From: a virus
Taxonomy: Duplodnaviria > Caudoviricetes
Direction: 5' to 3' (one strand)
Virus record (IMG/VR): IMGVR_UViG_3300012041_000042
Location: 1 to 39,737 of that record
Length of the DNA stretch: 39,737 nucleotides
The position numbers and the translations under genes were made by a program. The notes below the pieces were generated by a model that saw only the letters and a program-made list of their open reading frames with translations, did not search any database and had not been told where the DNA came from. Every line of letters starts with the position of its first letter. Position 1 is the stretch's first letter. Shown piece by piece: positions 35,059 through 39,737 of the stretch.

Positions 35059-36035
35059 CATTCGAATTCCGCGACGCCGTGCGCGAGAACGTCAGCCTGC
35101 TCATCGGCCTGTCGGGCGCGAGCGGATCCGGCAAGACATACACCGCGATGCGCCTGGCGAAGGGGATCGCTGGTGACACACCCTTCGCCGTCATCGACAC
35201 CGAAGCCGGCCGCGCGAAGCACTATGCCGATGCGTTTCACTTCAAACACGGCGATCTGAAGCCGCCCTTCCGCCCGAGCGCGTACGCCGACGCGATCAAA
35301 GCCGCCGACGATGCGCACTTCCCCGTGATCGTCGTCGACTCGATGTCGCACGAGTGGGCCGGCGAAGGCGGCATCCTCGACTGGCACGAGGACGAGCTCC
35401 AGCGCATGGCCGGCACCGACTGGAAGAAGCGCGAGAGCTGCAAGATGGCCGCGTGGATCACGCCGAAGATGCAGCACAAGCAGATGGTGCAGAAGCTGCT
35501 GCAAGTGCGTGCGCACCTGATCCTCTGTTTTCGTGCAGAACCCAAAGTGGAGATGCAGCGCGGCGCCGACGGCCGCATGGAGATCGTCGAGAAGAAGTCC
35601 CTGACGGGGCTGCACGGCTGGATCCCGATCTGCGAAAAGAATCTGCCGTATGAGCTGACGGCGTCCTTTCTGCTTATGGCTGATCGGCCTGGCGTGCCGC
35701 TGCCGATCAAACTGCAACAGCAGCACAAGGACCTCTTCCCGCTCGACCAGGCGATCACCGAAGCGAGTGGCGCACGGCTGGCGGCGTGGGCGCGCGGCGG
35801 GGTGATATCAGAAATACCTGGCGGGGCGCTCGACTGGGCCGGGTTGATCGTCAGCGCGACGTCCCGCGACGAGCTGCTCGCGGTCGGCACGCGACTCGCC
35901 GCCGCGACCAACTTGTCGCCGCAAGGTCTCGACACGCTGCGACGCGCGTACGCCGCACGACTCAAGAAGTTTCCGGCCGCGCGCGTGAAGAAACCCGCGC
36001 CGCTGACGGCCGATGACATTCAGTGGACGCCCTGA
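35055..36035 (+). CDS. Sak4-like AAA (AAA_24) ATPase / single-strand annealing recombinase
   Basis: Walker A GASGSGKT, 'VIDTE', Walker B 'IVVDSMSHEW.GEGG', 'PYE'; near a RecE-like gene. Confidence 0.85.
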   Translation: MTFEFRDAVRENVSLLIGLSGASGSGKTYTAMRLAKGIAGDTPFAVIDTEAGRAKHYADAFHFKHGDLKPPFRPSAYADAIKAADDAHFPVIVVDSMSHEWAGEGGILDWHEDELQRMAGTDWKKRESCKMAAWITPKMQHKQMVQKLLQVRAHLILCFRAEPKVEMQRGADGRMEIVEKKSLTGLHGWIPICEKNLPYELTASFLLMADRPGVPLPIKLQQQHKDLFPLDQAITEASGARLAAWARGGVISEIPGGALDWAGLIVSATSRDELLAVGTRLAAATNLSPQGLDTLRRAYAARLKKFPAARVKKPAPLTADDIQWTP

Positions 36036-36047
36036 CGGAGGACTCCA

Positions 36048-36182
36048 ATGATCATGCGCACGCTCCGCACGTGGCTCTGGCGCTGGAAGTTGTCCCGGCT
36101 GATCCCACGCCTCGGCACCGTCACGCTCGACAGACACACGCCCGACTACGCCGCATTTCTCCGCGACATGAGGGACCGATGA
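36048..36182 (+). CDS. small hypothetical protein (44 aa, not in the ORF track)
   Basis: GGAGGA RBS; ATGA coupling to the next ORF. Confidence 0.55.
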   Translation: MIMRTLRTWLWRWKLSRLIPRLGTVTLDRHTPDYAAFLRDMRDR

Positions 36183-36457
36183 CGCGCCGCGATGCGCAGG
36201 GCCGCCGGTACCTCGAGGTCCTGCCGTTCGAGGACGGCCCGATCAAACAGGCGTACCGCGACCGGCCGCTCCACGATCACCGCTGCGTCGAGTGCGGCGT
36301 GATCCTGATCCACGGCACCGACCGCTACTTTCAACGCAACGACGCGACCGACGGCACCCAACCCAATCTGCTCGAACGCGCACTCATGGCGCTGACCTAC
36401 GACCCGGTGTGCGGCCTGTGCGGCGACCGGGCGCTCACGGCACTGGCGACGAACTAA
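36179..36457 (+). CDS. small Zn-binding hypothetical protein
   Basis: CVEC...CGLC; ATGA coupling. Confidence 0.6.
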   Translation: MTRRDAQGRRYLEVLPFEDGPIKQAYRDRPLHDHRCVECGVILIHGTDRYFQRNDATDGTQPNLLERALMALTYDPVCGLCGDRALTALATN

Positions 36458-36469
36458 GGGACGAGACAC

Positions 36470-36817
36470 ATGTGGTCGAAGGTAGATGACGCACTCATTG
36501 ATCATGCGAAGGTGTTCGCGGCGGGCGATCTCATTGGCCGCAACGGACCCGCGATTGCGCTCGGCGTGTACTTACTCGGCCTGATGTGGGCGAATAAGCA
36601 CCTGACCGACGGGCATCTACCAGTGACGGTAGTGAAGCGCTGGCGCCACGCCGACCACCCGATGCGCGTCGCCGACGCCCTGGTGAGCGCGGGCCTCTGG
36701 GAGAAGAACGGCACCGGCTACATCGTCCACGACTTTCACGATCACAACCCGAGCGCCGAGGCGGTGAAACAGAAGCGTGAAGAGGATCGGAAACGGAAGG
36801 CAGCCAAGAAATCATGA
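36470..36817 (+). CDS. replication initiator/replisome organiser N-terminal domain
   Basis: 'W.KVDD...DH.KV', 'LTDG', 'LV.AGLW', 'YIVHDF.DHNPS', basic helical tail. Confidence 0.72.
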   Translation: MWSKVDDALIDHAKVFAAGDLIGRNGPAIALGVYLLGLMWANKHLTDGHLPVTVVKRWRHADHPMRVADALVSAGLWEKNGTGYIVHDFHDHNPSAEAVKQKREEDRKRKAAKKS

Positions 36818-36841
36818 CTGCGGAATCCGCGACGACTCCGC

Positions 36842-37402
36842 TTGGAATCCCACGCGCCTCCGACGGGAATTTTACGCACGCGCGCGCGCGATCCCGTCCC
36901 GTACCCGTCCCGTCCTTCCCCTACCCCGCGCCCGGTCCCGGAATTTCAGAGGGAAGGATCGTCGTACTTCACAGAATTAGAACCTGCTGGGAAGACCCAG
37001 CAAGACGCAAAGACGGGGAGAAATAACGAAGTGCCCCCGGAGAATCACAGCCGCCTCATCGCGAAGCTGATGCGCGAGCTACTCCAGACGGAAGTCTTCG
37101 ACACGCTCGCCGACCTGAGCGACGCGACCAAAGTGCGGTGTGCCCGGCTCCGTATCAGGTGGTCGACCGACGAAGTGACGCACGCGATGAAAGTCATCGC
37201 CTCAAACCGAGTGCTGACAGGGGCGCTGCCACCAGTTCAGCGTCGACCAACACCGCCACCAGGACCCACAGGCCGCCCACTCTCGCGTGTGGAAGCGACT
37301 CACCTCTACAACGACCTAATGGGCCGCTATCAACGCGAACGCGCAACAGTCACGACGACGGACGCGCACGATTTTCCTGCGCTCGTGGAAATCAAATGGT
37401 GA
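36842..37402 (+). CDS. probable C-terminal part of the replication initiator (same frame, after an in-frame TGA) or a separate protein
   Basis: Same reading frame as 36470; Pro/Arg linker RARDPVPYPSRPSP followed by a helical domain; start uncertain. Confidence 0.5.
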   Translation: MESHAPPTGILRTRARDPVPYPSRPSPTPRPVPEFQREGSSYFTELEPAGKTQQDAKTGRNNEVPPENHSRLIAKLMRELLQTEVFDTLADLSDATKVRCARLRIRWSTDEVTHAMKVIASNRVLTGALPPVQRRPTPPPGPTGRPLSRVEATHLYNDLMGRYQRERATVTTTDAHDFPALVEIKW

Positions 37403-37809
37403 AGACCATCACGACGGTCACGGTCTTTACCGACGAATGGAGCATCCTTGCGGAATTCTGGCGACAGGTGTACGAAGGCGGCGACCGACTGGACCTCCTT
37501 CAGCACATGACGCACGTCCACATTGCGCGACCACCAGACTGGGACCAAGCGGCGATTCGGCGTGCACACGAAACCGGTGTCGCCAAGTTCGGGTACGCGT
37601 GCTTCAGTTGCTTGAATGCGGACCGTCGCATCTACGTCCACCACATCATCGAAATTCAGCACGGTGGCAGCAATCACCCGCGCAACCGCGTCCCGCTCTG
37701 TTTTCGGTGCCATCACCATCTGCACCCGTGGCTCGTCGAACCGGAAGGGGGACGTCACGATGGGTGGGAATTGTTGGCCGACATTGTGCGAAGGGTGAAG
37801 CAGCGATGA
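37396..37809 (+). CDS. HNH endonuclease
   Basis: CFSC...VHHII...GGSN...NRVPLCFRCHHHLH. Confidence 0.85.
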   Translation: MVKTITTVTVFTDEWSILAEFWRQVYEGGDRLDLLQHMTHVHIARPPDWDQAAIRRAHETGVAKFGYACFSCLNADRRIYVHHIIEIQHGGSNHPRNRVPLCFRCHHHLHPWLVEPEGGRHDGWELLADIVRRVKQR

Positions 37810-38120
37810 ACCCGGAAGTCCGACTCGCGCTCGTCGCGACGCTGCTCGGCTACGCGGCTCGAACGCCGCGCTGGTTTGATCCGCCTGGCTGCGGCTACTG
37901 CGGCGGCACGTCCGGCTACGTGCACGGCTCGCTCTGTCAGAACTGTGCGGATCGCTTGGCCCGACTGTCGGTGGCTCCGGCCTCGCTGGCTGCCGTGGCC
38001 CCTAGCGGCGGCTTCACGCCCTTGAAATTTATCAACCAGGATCCCCGACTCCTGCGGCAGTCCGATCTGCGCCAGGGCGGGCGGATCGACAAGCTGCCCT
38101 TTGACGACGACGCCGCATGA
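37806..38120 (+). CDS. hypothetical Zn-finger protein
   Basis: CGYC...CQNC; ATGA coupling. Confidence 0.6.
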   Translation: MNPEVRLALVATLLGYAARTPRWFDPPGCGYCGGTSGYVHGSLCQNCADRLARLSVAPASLAAVAPSGGFTPLKFINQDPRLLRQSDLRQGGRIDKLPFDDDAA

Positions 38121-38479
38121 AGTACCTGCCCGCACTTCGCCCGAAGACGCGCTCCCGGTGGGAGGACCTGCTCGCCCGCCAGCTCGCGGCGGCGCCGCTG
38201 CCGACGCCGGTGCGCGAGTATCGCTTTCATCCAGTGCGGAAGTGGCGCTTCGACTTCGCCTGGCTGCCGCAGACCCTTGCGGCCGAGGTGGAAGGGGCGA
38301 CATTTGCGGGCGGGCGGCACACGCGCGGCGTCGGCTTCGCGGCCGACACCGAGAAATACAACGCCGCGGTGCTGCTCGGCTGGCGCGTGCTCCGCTTCAC
38401 GCACGTGCAGATCAAAAGCGGCGAGGCGTTGAAGACGATTCGCGAGGCGCTCACCCGACCGGAAGGAGTGATGGCGTAA
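38117..38479 (+). CDS. Vsr/DUF559-like PD-(D/E)XK endonuclease
   Basis: 'EYRFHPVRKWRFDFAW', 'AEVEG', 'D.EKYN.A..LGWRVLRF'. Confidence 0.82.
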   Translation: MKYLPALRPKTRSRWEDLLARQLAAAPLPTPVREYRFHPVRKWRFDFAWLPQTLAAEVEGATFAGGRHTRGVGFAADTEKYNAAVLLGWRVLRFTHVQIKSGEALKTIREALTRPEGVMA

Positions 38480-38725
38480 ATGTTTATTGCTTCCAGCACA
38501 GACGACAACGGACGCCGGCTCTTAGTCCTCGGCCTGTCCGATGCCAACCGCGCACGGCTGGCCGACCACCAACCGATTCGTCTCTCACGCGTCTCGCATG
38601 GCATGGCCATGCCCGCGGACCTCACGATCGTGATTTTCGCCGGCAGCACCGAGGAGTCAATGGCCGCCGAGATGGCGAGCCTGATCGGACCGACAACCGT
38701 TGTCGATCAGAAACGACCGATCTGA
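38480..38725 (+). CDS. hypothetical protein
   Basis: Abuts the previous stop; 'LVLGLS..N..RL...QPI'. Confidence 0.65.
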   Translation: MFIASSTDDNGRRLLVLGLSDANRARLADHQPIRLSRVSHGMAMPADLTIVIFAGSTEESMAAEMASLIGPTTVVDQKRPI

Positions 38726-38726
38726 C

Positions 38727-38912
38727 ATGCGCACGGTGAGAGCGACGGCGCGCTGTCAGTTCTGCGACTGGAAGGTCAAGGCAACCGGCGACGACGTCGT
38801 CGAGGTGGGCACGTTTCTGCGGCGGCTGTGTATTGAGCACACTGAGGCCGAACACGCCGACGAGCTCGCGCACGATCGGCAGAAGGAGGATGCATGCGAC
38901 TCTTCGAAGTGA
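38727..38912 (+). CDS. small Cys/His-containing hypothetical protein
   Basis: CQFC...H...H pattern; ATG 1 nt after the previous stop. Confidence 0.55.
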   Translation: MRTVRATARCQFCDWKVKATGDDVVEVGTFLRRLCIEHTEAEHADELAHDRQKEDACDSSK

Positions 38913-39454
38913 ACAAAGTTGGGATGTTTCTCGATCAGATCAGCCACGGGATCGAGACGCGCAGCGGCGACGAGGTGAAGATCGTGACGTTGACGTTGCG
39001 CGTGGCCCCGTTTTCGCACGATCTAGCCCGCGCGATCGAGAACGGTGTGCGCACGACGCTGTTCAAGCTCAACCACCCGGATCCGCACGCACACCTCAAG
39101 CGCGTCGACTTCCGCCTCGGCGTGCCGCGGCAACAGCTCATCGTGTTCGCAGCCCCGGACACGAAGAAACCCTCGATCTGTTTCGACCAGGCGAAGATCG
39201 TCGCGACTTACGCGCGCACGCAGAAGGACATCAACGGGTTCGTGTTTGTGTGGAAGACGAGCTTCGGGCCGGTTGGCAAGCTCGAGCTCGAGTATCTGCA
39301 GGACTGGTTGCTCGGGCAGCGGTTCGTGACGACGGAAGCCGCTGAGCCCGGGCTGTTCCCCGACGACGAGCACGAGCACGAGCTCGACGAGGAGCCAGCG
39401 GCGACGCGCCCCGCGCCGATGTTCGATGACGACAGCGACACCAAGAGGCACTGA
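38894..39454 (+). CDS. hypothetical protein with acidic C-terminus
   Basis: AAGGAGG RBS; 186-aa ORF. Confidence 0.72.
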   Translation: MRLFEVNKVGMFLDQISHGIETRSGDEVKIVTLTLRVAPFSHDLARAIENGVRTTLFKLNHPDPHAHLKRVDFRLGVPRQQLIVFAAPDTKKPSICFDQAKIVATYARTQKDINGFVFVWKTSFGPVGKLELEYLQDWLLGQRFVTTEAAEPGLFPDDEHEHELDEEPAATRPAPMFDDDSDTKRH

Positions 39455-39457
39455 GCG

Positions 39458-39718
39458 ATGCCCACGAGTTCGAATGTGCTCTGCGGCTGTGGCCGATTCA
39501 TGTACGTGAAGAAAAACAGCGTCACCGTCGAGGAACTGACGGAAGACGGCGAGGCATATAAGCTTTGGTAGGTTGATCTGTTCGAGTGCGTGGAGTGCGG
39601 TGTCGAGATCATCACCGGCTTTGGCCAGGGGCCGATCGCGGAGCACTGGCAGCTGACTTATCGCGCATCATGTGATCGATTGGCGCCAATCTATCTGGGC
39701 CGGTGTCGAGATGCATGA
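39458..39718 (+). pseudogene. Zn-ribbon-like ORF interrupted by an in-frame TAG at 39569-39571
   Basis: CGCG...YKLW*VDLFECVECG...; the Cys pairs lie on both sides of the stop; ATGA coupling to a truncated next gene at 39715. Confidence 0.6.
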
Positions 39719-39737
39719 GCATTAAAGGCAATACGGC

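Noticed and set aside
37396-37809. HNH as an intron- or intein-associated homing element
   Set aside because: It is coupled to both neighbours and does not interrupt a gene; no intron structure seen
36815-39571. Genome-wide stop codon reassignment
   Set aside because: TAG, TGA and TAA all end well-defined genes (e.g. TMP ends TAG, TerL ends TGA); the two internal stops are of different types

Overview
The window is most of a GC-rich temperate siphovirus genome with an HK97-type head, in virion/circular gene order. The attP is intact and internal, and the right end is truncated mid-gene. Left arm (+): TerS, TerL, a small Sm-like ORF, portal, an RHH protein, S49 protease, major capsid, adaptor and head closure. 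Next comes a tightly coupled six-gene cassette of four putative glycosyltransferases and two SAM methyltransferases. It is followed by the tail terminator, tail tube, a frameshifting chaperone pair, a displaced gp10-like gene, tape measure and tail-tip proteins. The lysis-position block has two clan GH-A-like glycoside hydrolases, a lipoprotein and a holin-like ORF, but no recognisable endolysin. Centre (-): exported moron-like proteins, a paralogue of the integrase N-terminal domain, attP (3' half of tRNA-Ala(CGC) with arm-type repeats), a tyrosine integrase, small ORFs and a CI-like repressor. Right arm (+): Cro, Xis-like HTH, RecE-like exonuclease, Sak4-like ATPase, a split replication initiator, and HNH and Vsr-like nucleases. 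The best candidate for a new system is the glycosylation/methylation cassette inside the head-tail joining operon, a putative virion-glycosylation pathway. All family calls come from motifs read by eye; no database searches were run.
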